Below, piece after piece: positions 37,392 through 47,029 of a stretch of DNA of 64,000 bases (position 1 is its first letter; every line of letters starts with the position of its first letter). The notes beneath the pieces were generated by a model. That model was not told the origin of the DNA. It saw only the letters and a list, made by a program, of their open reading frames with translations, and searched no databases. Origin of the DNA: Alphaproteobacteria bacterium. GTDB taxonomy: Bacteria > Pseudomonadota > Alphaproteobacteria > UBA828. The position numbers were made by a program, and so were the translations under genes. The stretch is from NCBI GenBank assembly GCA_009691045.1, contig SHWC01000006.1, positions 1,912-65,911 of the forward strand, written 5' to 3'.

Positions 37392-37844
37392 ATGCCGCTC
37401 TATGAGAGCACCTTCATTATGCGCCCTGACATCACGGCGCAGCAGGTCGAAGCCCTGACTCAGCAATTTACCGACCTGATCAAGGCGCAGGGCGGTAGCG
37501 TGCCGAAGACCGAATATTGGGGGCTCAAGAGCCTGTCCTATCGGTTGAAAAAGAACCGCAAGGGCCACTACTCCTATTTGCAGATCGATGGGCCGCCGGT
37601 CGCGGTGGCCGAGTTTGAGCGCAACATGCGCATCAATGAAGACGTGATCCGCTATTTGACTGTCAAGGTCGAGAGCCATGAGGCCGGCCCGTCGGCCATG
37701 ATGCAGGCGCGCAATGCGCGCGATGACCGCGGCGGCAGCGGCGGGCGTGGCGGACGCGGGCGCGACGATCGAGGCTTCGGCGATGACCGGCCGCGCCGGT
37801 ATGACGAGCCGCGCGACGGTGACTTGATGGACTCCGGCGTTTAA
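37392..37844 (+). CDS. rpsF: 30S ribosomal protein S6 with Arg/Gly/Asp-rich C-terminal tail
   Basis: ORF 37242..37844 trimmed to ATG 37392 ([14 protein letters not shown]...). Confidence 0.93.
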   Translation: MPLYESTFIMRPDITAQQVEALTQQFTDLIKAQGGSVPKTEYWGLKSLSYRLKKNRKGHYSYLQIDGPPVAVAEFERNMRINEDVIRYLTVKVESHEAGPSAMMQARNARDDRGGSGGRGGRGRDDRGFGDDRPRRYDEPRDGDLMDSGV

Positions 37845-37872
37845 GTGTCCGGGGCCCTAAGGAGAACACATC

Positions 37873-38283
37873 ATGAGTGATATGAGACAAGGTCCGCCTT
37901 CGGGCGATGGTCCGCGCGGCGCCGGGCGTGGCGGCGGCGGCGGCGGCGGTTTTGGCGGCGGCGGCGGCGGCGGTTTTGGCGGCGGCGGCGGGCGCGGTGG
38001 CTTCGGCGCGCGCGGCCCGCGTGAAGGCGGCGGCGAGCCCGTACCAGCAGGCGCATTCCCACGGCGGCCATTTTTCCGTCGGCGCAAATCATGCCCGTTC
38101 AGTGGCACCGGCGCGCCAACCATCGACTATAAAGATGTGCGTCTGTTGCAGCGGTTTCTGTCCGAGCGCGGCAAGATTGTGCCGAGCCGGATCACCGCGG
38201 TTTCCGCCAAGAAGCAGCGGGAGCTGGCGCAGGCGATCAAGCGGGCGCGCCATTTGGCACTCCTGCCCTACGTCATGCACTAA
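37873..38283 (+). CDS. rpsR: 30S ribosomal protein S18 with ~55-aa Gly-rich N-terminal extension
   Basis: The C-terminal 80 aa are canonical S18 ([15 protein letters not shown]...[51 protein letters not shown]). ATG 37873 sits 7 nt after the strong SD sequence AAGGAGA, so the extension is probably translated. Confidence 0.9.
   Translation: MSDMRQGPPSGDGPRGAGRGGGGGGGFGGGGGGGFGGGGGRGGFGARGPREGGGEPVPAGAFPRRPFFRRRKSCPFSGTGAPTIDYKDVRLLQRFLSERGKIVPSRITAVSAKKQRELAQAIKRARHLALLPYVMH
37930..38004 (+). repeat. (GGC)n-based tandem repeat: a 24-nt unit encoding GGGGGGGF twice, plus a partial third copy
   Basis: Read directly. GGC GGC GGC GGC GGC GGC GGT TTT is repeated at 37930-37953 and 37954-37977, and then continues GGC GGC GGC GGC GGG CGC GGT GGC TTC. 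Confidence 0.85.
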
Positions 38284-38309
38284 GCCAACAAACCCCAATA
38301 CGGGGTTCG

Positions 38310-39266
38310 ATGATGCCCCGCACTATCCCCCTCGCGATCGGCGCGGGCGTGTTATCCGCGCTCATGTTCGCGTGGTTTACCTTCGACCCGACGCTCGCCC
38401 TGATGATCAGCCCCTTCACCATGCTGCCGCTGATTCTGATTGGCTTGAGCGGCACGGCGTTGACCAGCGGGCTTGCCGCGGTCTCCGCCATCTTGGTCGT
38501 TGGTCTGGTCGGGGGCAGCCTGAGTGTGGCGGCCCTCTACGCCGCGGCCGAGGCCATTCCCGCGCTCGGCCTCTCGCGCCTGGCGCTGAGAAAGCGCGTT
38601 GGGGCCGATGGCGTCGCCCGTTTCACCGTTGCTGGGCCGCTAATTCTTTCGGCAGCCTTTTATATGGCGGCGCTGTTCCTGGTGCTTTATGTCGCGCTGA
38701 TGGGGCGTGAAAATGGCATGCTCGGCGCGCTGAGCGGGCAGTTCAGCGCCTTTTTAGGCACTTTGTCGCGACCCGACGCGTCGCCAGCCGATATCGCGAC
38801 GAGCGCGGAGACAATGGCCTTACTCTTTCCGGGCATGGCGGCGGCTTGGTGGCTGGTCATCGTTCTCCTTAATTTGTCGGTCGCTGAGCGGCTCCTGGCC
38901 AAGTGGGGCCGGAATCTGCGCCCCGCCCTTTCTTTAGGGCGGATGTACCTGCCACGCTGGCTGGTTGCGCTATTCGGCGTGTGCTCGCTCCTGGGCCTGG
39001 TAGGCGATGGCGATCTCAGTTTTATCGGCTGGACCCTCGGCCTGATTTTTGTCGTGCCATTCATGTTTGTTGGCATGGTGTGTTTGCACGCATTGTGCCG
39101 TAATTGGGGCCCGGGGCCGCTGGCCCTGATCGGCTGCTATCTGTTCATGATTATCCTGATCGTCAGCGGCTACGGCGCCGCGCCGATTTTGGCCGTGGCT
39201 GCCCTTGGCATTGCCGAACAGTGGATTAAACTGCGCGACCGCATTGGCGGGCCGCGCCCCGTTTAG
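38310..39266 (+). CDS. DUF2232-like polytopic membrane protein
   Basis: 318-aa ORF with multiple TM segments, lying between rpsR and rplI. I recall this arrangement as common in alphaproteobacteria. Confidence 0.6.
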   Translation: MMPRTIPLAIGAGVLSALMFAWFTFDPTLALMISPFTMLPLILIGLSGTALTSGLAAVSAILVVGLVGGSLSVAALYAAAEAIPALGLSRLALRKRVGADGVARFTVAGPLILSAAFYMAALFLVLYVALMGRENGMLGALSGQFSAFLGTLSRPDASPADIATSAETMALLFPGMAAAWWLVIVLLNLSVAERLLAKWGRNLRPALSLGRMYLPRWLVALFGVCSLLGLVGDGDLSFIGWTLGLIFVVPFMFVGMVCLHALCRNWGPGPLALIGCYLFMIILIVSGYGAAPILAVAALGIAEQWIKLRDRIGGPRPV

Positions 39267-39271
39267 GAGGA

Positions 39272-39859
39272 TTGGCTATGGAAGTTATTTTGCTCGAACG
39301 CGTTGAAAAGCTCGGCCATATGGGCGAGGTGGTAAAGGTGAAGGACGGCTTCGCCCGTAACTTCCTGCTGCCGCAGAGTAAGGCGCTCCGCGCCACGGCC
39401 GAAAACAAAGCCCGCTTCGAGCGCGAGCGCGAAACGCTCGTCAAGCTCAACGATGAGCGCAAGGCGCAGGCCCATGGCGGCGCTTCGAAACTCGATGGCA
39501 CGTCTTATGTGCTGCTCAGGCAGGCGAGCGAAACGCTGCAACTTTATGGATCGGTCAGCGCGCGCGACATCGCCGACGCGGTGAGCACCGCTGGCACGGC
39601 AATCAGCCGCGCCCAGGTTCGGCTCGACAAGCCGATCAAGACGCTTGGCGTGCACGATGTGCGGGTGGCGTTGCACCCCGAGGTCATCATCACCGTCAAG
39701 GTCAACGTGGCGCGCTCAGCCGAAGAGGCCGAGATCCAAGCCAAAGGCGGCGTCATCCAAGCCGTTGGCCAAGATCGCGCGGCGGCGGCGGAGTTCGCGG
39801 CCGAAGTTGCATCTGCTACCGCGGAAGCGGATGCGGGCCCGGCCGGCGACGCGGCCTAG
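39272..39859 (+). CDS. rplI: 50S ribosomal protein L9
   Basis: [33 protein letters not shown]..., with an Ala-rich C-terminal tail. Confidence 0.93.
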   Translation: MAMEVILLERVEKLGHMGEVVKVKDGFARNFLLPQSKALRATAENKARFERERETLVKLNDERKAQAHGGASKLDGTSYVLLRQASETLQLYGSVSARDIADAVSTAGTAISRAQVRLDKPIKTLGVHDVRVALHPEVIITVKVNVARSAEEAEIQAKGGVIQAVGQDRAAAAEFAAEVASATAEADAGPAGDAA

Positions 39860-39897
39860 GCCGCGCGGGCCCACACGCACGACACCGGATAAAGCCG

Positions 39898-41118
39898 ATG
39901 CTGGTCGGACTGCTGCTCAAGCATCTGGTTCAATGGGGCACGCTGCGCGTTGTCGATGCGGGCGGCAAACTTCACACCTATACGGGCACGCCGGGCCCGA
40001 GCGTCACCATCAAGCTGCACGACAAGGCGCTGCACAATAAATTGTTCTGGAACCCTCGGCTTTATGCCGGTGAAGCCTATATGGACGGCACGCTGACGAT
40101 CGAGGACGGCTGCCGGATCTATGATTTCATCGACCTGGTCGGCGGCAATCTGATCAAGCTCGACGACAAGCCCATCGTCCAACTGCGCAATGCCTTGGCG
40201 CGCTTCGTGCGGCCGATCCAGCAATACAACCCGATCGGCAAGGCGCAGAAGAACGTCGCGCACCATTATGATTTGTCCGATACGCTGTTCGATCTGTTCC
40301 TCGACCCGGACCGGCAATATTCCTGCGCCTATTTTGACAGCCCGAACCACACGCTCGAGCAGGCGCAAATCGCGAAGAAGCGGCATTTGGCGTCGAAGCT
40401 ATTGCTCGATCAACCGGGGCCGGCGCTCAAAGTGCTCGACATCGGCTCGGGCTGGGGCGGGCTTGGCATTTATTTGCACCAAAAGACCGGCGCCGACGTA
40501 ACCGGCGTGACGCTCTCGACCGAGCAACAAGCGTATTCCCAGAAACGCGCGGCGCAGCTCGGCATCGATAAGCGCGTGCGCTTCAATTTACGCGATTATC
40601 GCGAGGAAACCAGGGTTTATGACCGCGTCGTCTCGGTCGGCATGTTCGAGCATGTGGGCGTTAAGCACCACATCGAATTTTTTCGCAAGCTAAAGGCCTT
40701 GCTGAACGAGGACGGCGTCGCGGTGATCCACACGATCGCGCGCTTCGATGGCCCGAGCGTGACTAACCCCTGGCTCAGGAAGTATATTTTCCCGGGCGGC
40801 TATTGCCCCTCGCTCTCCGAGGTTTTTGCCGCGATCGAGCGTAGCGGCCTGAAGACGCTGGATATGGAGGTGCTGCGCCTCCATTACGCCGAAACGCTGA
40901 AACACTGGTCGCGGAATTTCCAGGCCAATCGCGACAAGGTGAAGGCGATCTATGACGAGCGCTTTTGCCGGATGTGGGAATTCTATTTGGGCGGCGCCGA
41001 AATCGCCTTTCGCCGGCAGGACCACATGATCGCGCAATTCCAGCTCGCGCGCCGCCAAGATGCCGCGCCGCTCACGCGCGACTACATGGTCGATTGGGAA
41101 CGCCGCAACCCGATTTGA
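39898..41118 (+). CDS. cfa: Cyclopropane-fatty-acyl-phospholipid synthase family SAM-dependent methyltransferase
   Basis: 406 aa with AHYDLSDTLFDLFLDPDRQYSCAYF and the SAM motif VLDIGSGWGGLG. Confidence 0.85.
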   Translation: MLVGLLLKHLVQWGTLRVVDAGGKLHTYTGTPGPSVTIKLHDKALHNKLFWNPRLYAGEAYMDGTLTIEDGCRIYDFIDLVGGNLIKLDDKPIVQLRNALARFVRPIQQYNPIGKAQKNVAHHYDLSDTLFDLFLDPDRQYSCAYFDSPNHTLEQAQIAKKRHLASKLLLDQPGPALKVLDIGSGWGGLGIYLHQKTGADVTGVTLSTEQQAYSQKRAAQLGIDKRVRFNLRDYREETRVYDRVVSVGMFEHVGVKHHIEFFRKLKALLNEDGVAVIHTIARFDGPSVTNPWLRKYIFPGGYCPSLSEVFAAIERSGLKTLDMEVLRLHYAETLKHWSRNFQANRDKVKAIYDERFCRMWEFYLGGAEIAFRRQDHMIAQFQLARRQDAAPLTRDYMVDWERRNPI

Positions 41119-41327
41119 GGCGTGTGGGGGACTTATCCCCGCGATCCCCAGCATTACGAAACTATGAACGCGGCTTCACGGAAGCCCGAAATCTAGGCGC
41201 GACTCGGGCGCATGCTGTAGGATTGCCTGAATTCACAGCCTGTGCATAAAATTTGTGGGCGAAGTACACAGGCTGGTCGCTCGCATGAATGCTGAATTGC
41301 GCCGGTCATGCCGGCTATAGGTGTTCG

Positions 41328-42845
41328 ATGGTCACAGGCCCCATTCTTGAAACCTTTGAGCCCCCCGCGCCCAAGCTCGCGCCCTATCGCGAGGCGCCGA
41401 ACAATCTTGAGGCCGAACAGGCTTTGCTCGGCGCCCTCCTCCTCAATAACGAGGCGTTCAACAGGGTCGCCGATTTTTTGAAGGCCGAGCATTTCTATTT
41501 GCCGGTGCATGGCCGCCTCTATGCCACGATCGGCAAATTGATCGACCGGGGCCAGATCGCCAACCCGGTCACGCTCAAGCATATGTTCGAGGGCGATGAA
41601 GCGCTGAGCGAAGCCGGCGGCGCGCAATATCTGGCGCGCCTGGCGGGCTCGGCGGTGACCATCATCAACGCGCAGCATTATGGCCGGACGATCCACGATC
41701 TCGCGCTGCGGCGCGCGCTGATCGGGATTGGCGAAGAGATGGTGCTCAACGCCTATGAGGCCACGCTCGATGCCGATGCCAATAACCAAATCGAATCGGT
41801 TGAGCAGAAACTGTTCCATTTGGCCGAGGAAGGCCTCGCCGAATCCGGCTTCAAAACCTTCACCGAATCCGCGGCGAGCGCGATCAGCCATATCGAGGCG
41901 GCCTATAAGCACGATCATCGGCTGGTCGGTGTAACCAGCGGATTGGCCGATCTCGACGAGTTGTTGGGCGGCCTGCACGCCTCGGACCTGCTGATCCTCG
42001 CCGGGCGCCCTGGCATGGGCAAAACCGCGCTGGCGACGACCATCGCCTTTAACGCCGCGAAGGCCTATCGCGGCGAGAAGGACGAGATGGGCCGCATGCG
42101 CCGAGTCGATGGCGCGGTAGTGGGCTTCTTTTCGCTTGAAATGTCGGCCGAACAATTGGCCACGCGGGTTCTGGCGCAGGAAGCGCGCATACCCTCGATC
42201 CATCTTCGGCGCGGCAAAATTTCCGGCGATGATTTTCATCGCGTGGTGCGCGCGAGCCAAGAGATCGAGCGCCTGCCGCTCTTTATCGACGATACGCCGC
42301 AATTGACCATTCCGGGCCTTCGCGCCCGCGCGCGGCGGCTGAAGCGGCAACATGATCTGTCGCTCATCATCGTCGATTATCTTCAGCTCATGCGGCCGAC
42401 CGACAGCGCGCGCATGAATAACCGCGTGCAGGAAATCTCCGAGGTCACGCAGGGCCTCAAGGCGCTGGCCAAGGAGCTCAACATTCCGGTCATCGCGCTC
42501 TCGCAGCTCTCGCGCGCGGTCGAAAGTCGCGACGATAAGCGCCCGCAATTGGCGGATTTGCGCGAATCGGGCTCGATCGAGCAGGATGCCGACGTCGTGA
42601 TGTTCGTCTATCGGGAGTCGTATTATTTGCAGCGCCAGGAGCCCGATCCGTCGGATTCGGCGAAGCATGCCGAATGGCGCGAGCGCATGGACCGCATTCA
42701 TCGGCGCGCCGATTTGATCGTCGCCAAACAGCGTCATGGCCCGACCGATTCGGTCGAGCTCGATTTCGACGCCGCGTTCACCTCCTTCGGCAATCGCGTG
42801 CGGGATAGCAATATGCACCCGCCGCCCGAAGCGCCGCCGTTCTGA
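41328..42845 (+). CDS. dnaB: Replicative DNA helicase DnaB
   Basis: Contains PNNLEAEQALLGALL, Walker A GRPGMGKTA and IIVDYLQLM. The start could be 41289 or 41328. The length is normal, so there is no intein. Confidence 0.95.
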   Translation: MVTGPILETFEPPAPKLAPYREAPNNLEAEQALLGALLLNNEAFNRVADFLKAEHFYLPVHGRLYATIGKLIDRGQIANPVTLKHMFEGDEALSEAGGAQYLARLAGSAVTIINAQHYGRTIHDLALRRALIGIGEEMVLNAYEATLDADANNQIESVEQKLFHLAEEGLAESGFKTFTESAASAISHIEAAYKHDHRLVGVTSGLADLDELLGGLHASDLLILAGRPGMGKTALATTIAFNAAKAYRGEKDEMGRMRRVDGAVVGFFSLEMSAEQLATRVLAQEARIPSIHLRRGKISGDDFHRVVRASQEIERLPLFIDDTPQLTIPGLRARARRLKRQHDLSLIIVDYLQLMRPTDSARMNNRVQEISEVTQGLKALAKELNIPVIALSQLSRAVESRDDKRPQLADLRESGSIEQDADVVMFVYRESYYLQRQEPDPSDSAKHAEWRERMDRIHRRADLIVAKQRHGPTDSVELDFDAAFTSFGNRVRDSNMHPPPEAPPF

Positions 42846-42861
42846 ATCAGGCTCCCCGGCC

Positions 42862-43980
42862 ATGACGAACGAGCGGTCGAGCGGAATCTTGACCATCGAT
42901 CTCGATGCGGTCGCGGCGAATTGGCGCTCGCTCAAGAGCCGGCTTCAGGCCGGCACGCTGTGTGCCGCGGTGGTGAAGGCCGATGGCTATGGCCTCGGCG
43001 CGACGCGTATCGCGGCCAGGCTCTATGCCGAAGGCTGCCGCGATTTTTTTGTCGCGACGCCCGATGAGGGCATTAGCCTGCGGCGCGTTTTACCCGATGG
43101 CGCGATCTATGTTTTGGCGGGCGTAGATAGCGCAACCGCGGCGGCACTGACCGAGCACCGCTTGACCCCGGTGCTCAACCATCTCGGTCAGATCGAGGCT
43201 TGGCGCAAGGCCGCCGCCGCCGCCGGTAGTACTTTGCCTTCGGTGCTACACCTCGACACGGGCATGAACCGGCTCGGCCTGCCACGCGATGAGGTGGCGC
43301 GCGTGGCCAGTGAAGCGCCGCTCCTCGCCGGCCTCAAGACACGGCTGGTGATGAGCCATTTGGTCAGCTCCGAACTCGCGAGCGACCCGCTGAATGAGAC
43401 GCAGCGGGCGCGATTTGATGCGTCACTGAGCGCGCTGAGCGCAAGCCTGGGAACAAAACCGGCGAGCTTGGCCAACTCCTCAGGGATTTTTCTTGGGCCC
43501 GCGTTCCACTATGCGATGGTGCGTCCGGGCGTCGCGCTTTATGGCGTCAACCCGACGCCAAACGCGCCCAATCCTATGATGGAAGTCCTTCGATTGGCAG
43601 CGAAAATCCTGCAAGTCCGTCGCGTTGACAGGGGGGAGACCGTTGGCTATGGTGCGACGCACTTGTTGCCGCGGCCGAGCCGCATCGCGGTCGTCGCAGC
43701 CGGTTACGCAGACGGTTTTTTGCGGAGCGCAAGCAATCGGGCCAGTGCCCGGCTCGGCGGCCTTAGCGTACCAGTAGTCGGGCGTGTGTCCATGGACCTG
43801 ATCACCCTCGACGTGACCGACGTACCAGAAACAATCGCTAGGCCTGGCGCCTTCGTCGATCTACTCGACGGCACCTATAATGTTGAGCATTTGGCGACCG
43901 ACGCCGGCACGATCCCCTATGAAATCTTGACCGCGCTCGGCCATCGCTATGAGCGGCGCTATCTCGGGACATCACCGTGA
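42862..43980 (+). CDS. alr: Alanine racemase
   Basis: ORF trimmed to ATG 42862. The PLP lysine lies in AVVKADGYGLG. Confidence 0.9.
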   Translation: MTNERSSGILTIDLDAVAANWRSLKSRLQAGTLCAAVVKADGYGLGATRIAARLYAEGCRDFFVATPDEGISLRRVLPDGAIYVLAGVDSATAAALTEHRLTPVLNHLGQIEAWRKAAAAAGSTLPSVLHLDTGMNRLGLPRDEVARVASEAPLLAGLKTRLVMSHLVSSELASDPLNETQRARFDASLSALSASLGTKPASLANSSGIFLGPAFHYAMVRPGVALYGVNPTPNAPNPMMEVLRLAAKILQVRRVDRGETVGYGATHLLPRPSRIAVVAAGYADGFLRSASNRASARLGGLSVPVVGRVSMDLITLDVTDVPETIARPGAFVDLLDGTYNVEHLATDAGTIPYEILTALGHRYERRYLGTSP

Positions 43981-44768
43981 TCCTCGCCTCGCGCCTTAAC
44001 CTGCTTGCACTGATCGGCCGGAGCCTCCTTGCGGTGCTCGGCGCGACCGGTCGTTTGGCTGTCTTCACGCTCGAAGCCATCTCGCATTGCCTGCGGCCGC
44101 CCTTCTTCCCGCGCCTCTTGCTCAATCAGATGATCGAGATCGGCTATTACTCGCTCCCGGTGGTTGGGCTGACCGGCATTTTCGCCGGCATGGTGCTGGC
44201 GCTGCAAAGCTATACCGGCTTCTCGCGGTTCGCGGCCGAGAGCGCGATTCCGAACGTGGTGGCGCTTTCAATCACGCGCGAGCTCGGCCCGGTGCTGGCG
44301 GGGTTGATGGTCGCGGGGCGCGTCGGCGCCGCGATGGCGGCCGAGATTGGCACGATGCGCGTGACCGAACAGATCGACGCGCTCAGAACGCTCTCGACCA
44401 ACCCGTTCAAATATCTGATCGCGCCGCGCCTCTTGGCCGCCCTGATCACCATGCCGATCCTGGTGTTGGTTGCCGACATCATCGGCATCATGGGTGGCTA
44501 TATCGTCAGCGTGCACAAACTCGATTTCAACGCCGCCGCCTATCTCAAGAACACGTGGGATTTCCTCGAGCCAATGGACGTGATTTCGGGGCTCGTCAAG
44601 GCGGCGGTGTTCGGCTTCTTGATCGCGTTGATGGGCTGCTATCACGGCTTCAATTCAAAGGGCGGCGCGCAGGGCGTGGGCGCCGCAACCACCAATGCGG
44701 TGGTCAGCGGCGCGATCCTCGTGCTGGTCTTCAACTACATCATCACCGAAGCGTTCTTCTCCCGATGA
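43977..44768 (+). CDS. mlaE: MlaE-family ABC transporter permease
   Basis: 263-aa member of the MlaE/Ttg2B family (REL.PVLAGLMVAGRVGAAMAAEIGTMRVTEQIDAL). The GTG start overlaps the alr stop. Confidence 0.85.
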   Translation: MILASRLNLLALIGRSLLAVLGATGRLAVFTLEAISHCLRPPFFPRLLLNQMIEIGYYSLPVVGLTGIFAGMVLALQSYTGFSRFAAESAIPNVVALSITRELGPVLAGLMVAGRVGAAMAAEIGTMRVTEQIDALRTLSTNPFKYLIAPRLLAALITMPILVLVADIIGIMGGYIVSVHKLDFNAAAYLKNTWDFLEPMDVISGLVKAAVFGFLIALMGCYHGFNSKGGAQGVGAATTNAVVSGAILVLVFNYIITEAFFSR

Positions 44769-45565
44769 GCGAAACAAACGCCTCGGTCGGCAACAAGCCG
44801 CCCAAGATTTCGTGCCGCGGCGTGACCAAGTCGTTCGGCGCTAAATCGGTGCTGGCTGGCGTCGATTTCGACGTTCAGGCCGGCGAATCGATGGTGATCA
44901 TCGGCGGCTCGGGCACCGGCAAATCGGTCACCATCAAATGCGTGCTGGGTTTGATTCGCCACGATGCCGGCAGCATCAAGATCGACGGTCAAGAAGTGAG
45001 CCGCATGAGCGCGCGGGCGCGCGAGGCGATCGATCGGAAATTCGGCATGTTGTTCCAGGGCGGCGCGCTGTTCGACAGCCTGCCGGTTTGGGAGAATGTC
45101 GCCTTCGGATTGCTGCACGCGCGGAACGTGCCGCGACGCAAGGCGCGCGACCTAGCGATGGAGAAGCTCGCCATGGTTGGGCTTGGGCCGGAGGTCGGCA
45201 AGCTCTCGCCCTCGGAACTCTCGGGCGGCATGCAAAAGCGGGTGGCGCTGGCGCGCGCGATCGCGACCGAGCCCGAAATCATCTTTTTCGACGAGCCGAC
45301 CACCGGGCTCGACCCCATCATGGCAGACGTGATCAATAATCTGATTGTCGAGATCACCCGCAAGCTCGGCGCGACCGCGCTTTCGATCACCCACGACATG
45401 GCCAGTGTCCGCAAGATCGCCGACAAGGTGTCGATGCTCTATGATGGTAAGATCATATGGTCCGGCCCCATTGCGGAGATCGACCGATGCGGCAATCCCT
45501 ATGTGGAGCAGTTCATCCACGGCCGCGCCGCGGGGCCGATTCAAATGCAGGTTCGCCGGTTGTGA
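44765..45565 (+). CDS. mlaF: MlaF-like ABC transporter ATP-binding protein
   Basis: ORF 44087..45565 trimmed to ATG 44765 (MSETNASVGNKPPKISCRGV...). Has Walker A GGSGTGKSV, signature LSGGMQKR and Walker B IIFFDEP. Confidence 0.88.
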   Translation: MSETNASVGNKPPKISCRGVTKSFGAKSVLAGVDFDVQAGESMVIIGGSGTGKSVTIKCVLGLIRHDAGSIKIDGQEVSRMSARAREAIDRKFGMLFQGGALFDSLPVWENVAFGLLHARNVPRRKARDLAMEKLAMVGLGPEVGKLSPSELSGGMQKRVALARAIATEPEIIFFDEPTTGLDPIMADVINNLIVEITRKLGATALSITHDMASVRKIADKVSMLYDGKIIWSGPIAEIDRCGNPYVEQFIHGRAAGPIQMQVRRL

Positions 45566-45607
45566 GCATCGCCCGCGGGATCCGCGGCGTGCCAAGAGTT
45601 TCTTAGA

Positions 45608-47029
45608 GTGGCACGCATTGAACGGCACTTCGTTTGCCAAGCCTGCGGTGCGGTGACCTCGCGGTGGGTCGGGCGCTGCGAGGCCTGTAGCGGTTGGAAT
45701 ACCATTGTCGAGGAAGCGCCCGCCCGCGAGGCGGCGCCTAAGGGGCTCGGCACCAAGCCCGGCCGGCGGATTGAATTCGTGCCGCTCGATGGTCCGGGCG
45801 AGCCATTGGTGCGCCTTGAAACCGGCATTGCCGAGTTCGACCGCGTGTTCGGTGGCGGGTTGATTCCGGGCTCCGCGGCCCTGGTCGCCGGCGATCCGGG
45901 GATCGGCAAATCGACCCTTCTTCTACAGGCCGCTGCCGGCCTTGCCGCCAAGGGCCTGCCGACGGCCTATGTTTCGGGCGAGGAAGGGATTGAGCAGATT
46001 CGCCTGCGGGCGGCCCGTTTGGGCGCGAGTGGCGCGCCGGTGGCGCTCGCTGCCGCCACGTCGCTGCGCGATATTTTAACCGGGCTTGAGGGCCTCGACC
46101 CCGCGCCATGCGTGGTGATCGTCGATTCGATCCAGACGCTATTTCTCGACTCGCTCGATTCGGCGCCGGGCACGGTCGCTCAGGTGCGCGCGGCGGCGCA
46201 TGAGCTGATCCGCTTCGCCAAGCGCTCCGGCGCCGCGCTCTTGATCGTTGGCCACGTGACCAAGGACGGCGCGATCGCCGGGCCCAAAGTGCTCGAGCAC
46301 ATGGTCGACACGGTGATCTATTTCGAAGGCGAGCGCGGGCACCAATTCCGCATCGTGCGCGCGATCAAAAACCGCTTCGGCCCGACCGACGAAATTGGCG
46401 TGTTCGAGATGACCGGCGGCGGCCTCAAGGAAGTCAGCAACCCCTCGGCGTTGTTCTTGCCGGCCGATCGCTCGCCGGTGAGCGGAACCGCTATCTTCGC
46501 CGGGATCGAGGGCACAAGGCCGCTTTTGATCGAGATTCAGGCCCTGGTCGTAAGCGCGCCCCCGGGCAGCCCGCGACGCACCGTGGTGGGCTGGGATTCA
46601 GGCCGGCTCGCCATGGTGCTCGCGGTCTTGGAAGCGCGCGCGGGGCTCGCCTTTGGCGGCTATGACGTGTTCCTCAATGTGGCGGGCGGCCTTCGGATTG
46701 AGGAGCCGGCGGCCGATTTGGCGGTGGCGGCCGCGCTGGTGTCGGCGCGCCTGGAAACACCGCTCGATATCAGCGCGGTGATTTTTGGCGAAATCGGGCT
46801 CTCGGGCGAGGTCAGGCCGGTTGCGCAAGCGGCAGCCCGCCTCAAAGAGGCGGCCAAGCTCGGCTTTGAGCGCGCTCTGGCGCCGCGCGATGCGGCGGCG
46901 GCCGGCGGCGGCCTCGTGGTTGAAACCGTGGCGCGCGTCGAGGCGTTGGTTGAGCGGCTCGGATCGGGCGCCCCTAAAGCGCGCCGCGCCGCCGGGCCGA
47001 TGCGAAAGGCGGTCGAGCGCCATGGATGA
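45608..47029 (+). CDS. radA: DNA repair protein RadA (Sms)
   Basis: Zinc ribbon CQACGAV...CEAC, Walker A GDPGIGKST, KNRFG and a Lon-like C-terminal domain. Confidence 0.95.
   Translation: MARIERHFVCQACGAVTSRWVGRCEACSGWNTIVEEAPAREAAPKGLGTKPGRRIEFVPLDGPGEPLVRLETGIAEFDRVFGGGLIPGSAALVAGDPGIGKSTLLLQAAAGLAAKGLPTAYVSGEEGIEQIRLRAARLGASGAPVALAAATSLRDILTGLEGLDPAPCVVIVDSIQTLFLDSLDSAPGTVAQVRAAAHELIRFAKRSGAALLIVGHVTKDGAIAGPKVLEHMVDTVIYFEGERGHQFRIVRAIKNRFGPTDEIGVFEMTGGGLKEVSNPSALFLPADRSPVSGTAIFAGIEGTRPLLIEIQALVVSAPPGSPRRTVVGWDSGRLAMVLAVLEARAGLAFGGYDVFLNVAGGLRIEEPAADLAVAAALVSARLETPLDISAVIFGEIGLSGEVRPVAQAAARLKEAAKLGFERALAPRDAAAAGGGLVVETVARVEALVERLGSGAPKARRAAGPMRKAVERHG

Noticed and set aside
37857-38123. 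Proline-rich antisense ORF ([21 protein letters not shown])
   Set aside because: It is the reverse-complement reading of the (GGC)n repeat inside rpsR. The sense strand has a strong RBS and a canonical S18 core.
38310-39266. Membrane-protein gene embedded in the rpsF-rpsR-rplI ribosomal operon as an anomaly
   Set aside because: As far as I recall, a DUF2232-type gene at this position is the normal alphaproteobacterial arrangement.
41133-41275. DnaA-box-like TTATCCCCG and a 9-bp inverted repeat (CAGCCTGTG...CACAGGCTG, 41236-41275) upstream of dnaB
   Set aside because: The box has two mismatches to TTATCCACA and occurs only once. The inverted repeat is short with a ~22-nt loop. This is insufficient for an origin or operator call.
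41193-42935. 580-aa ORF antisense to dnaB
   Set aside because: Its composition is Arg/Ala/Gly-rich with no recognisable motif. It fully overlaps a well-supported dnaB gene. This is a typical high-GC antisense artefact.
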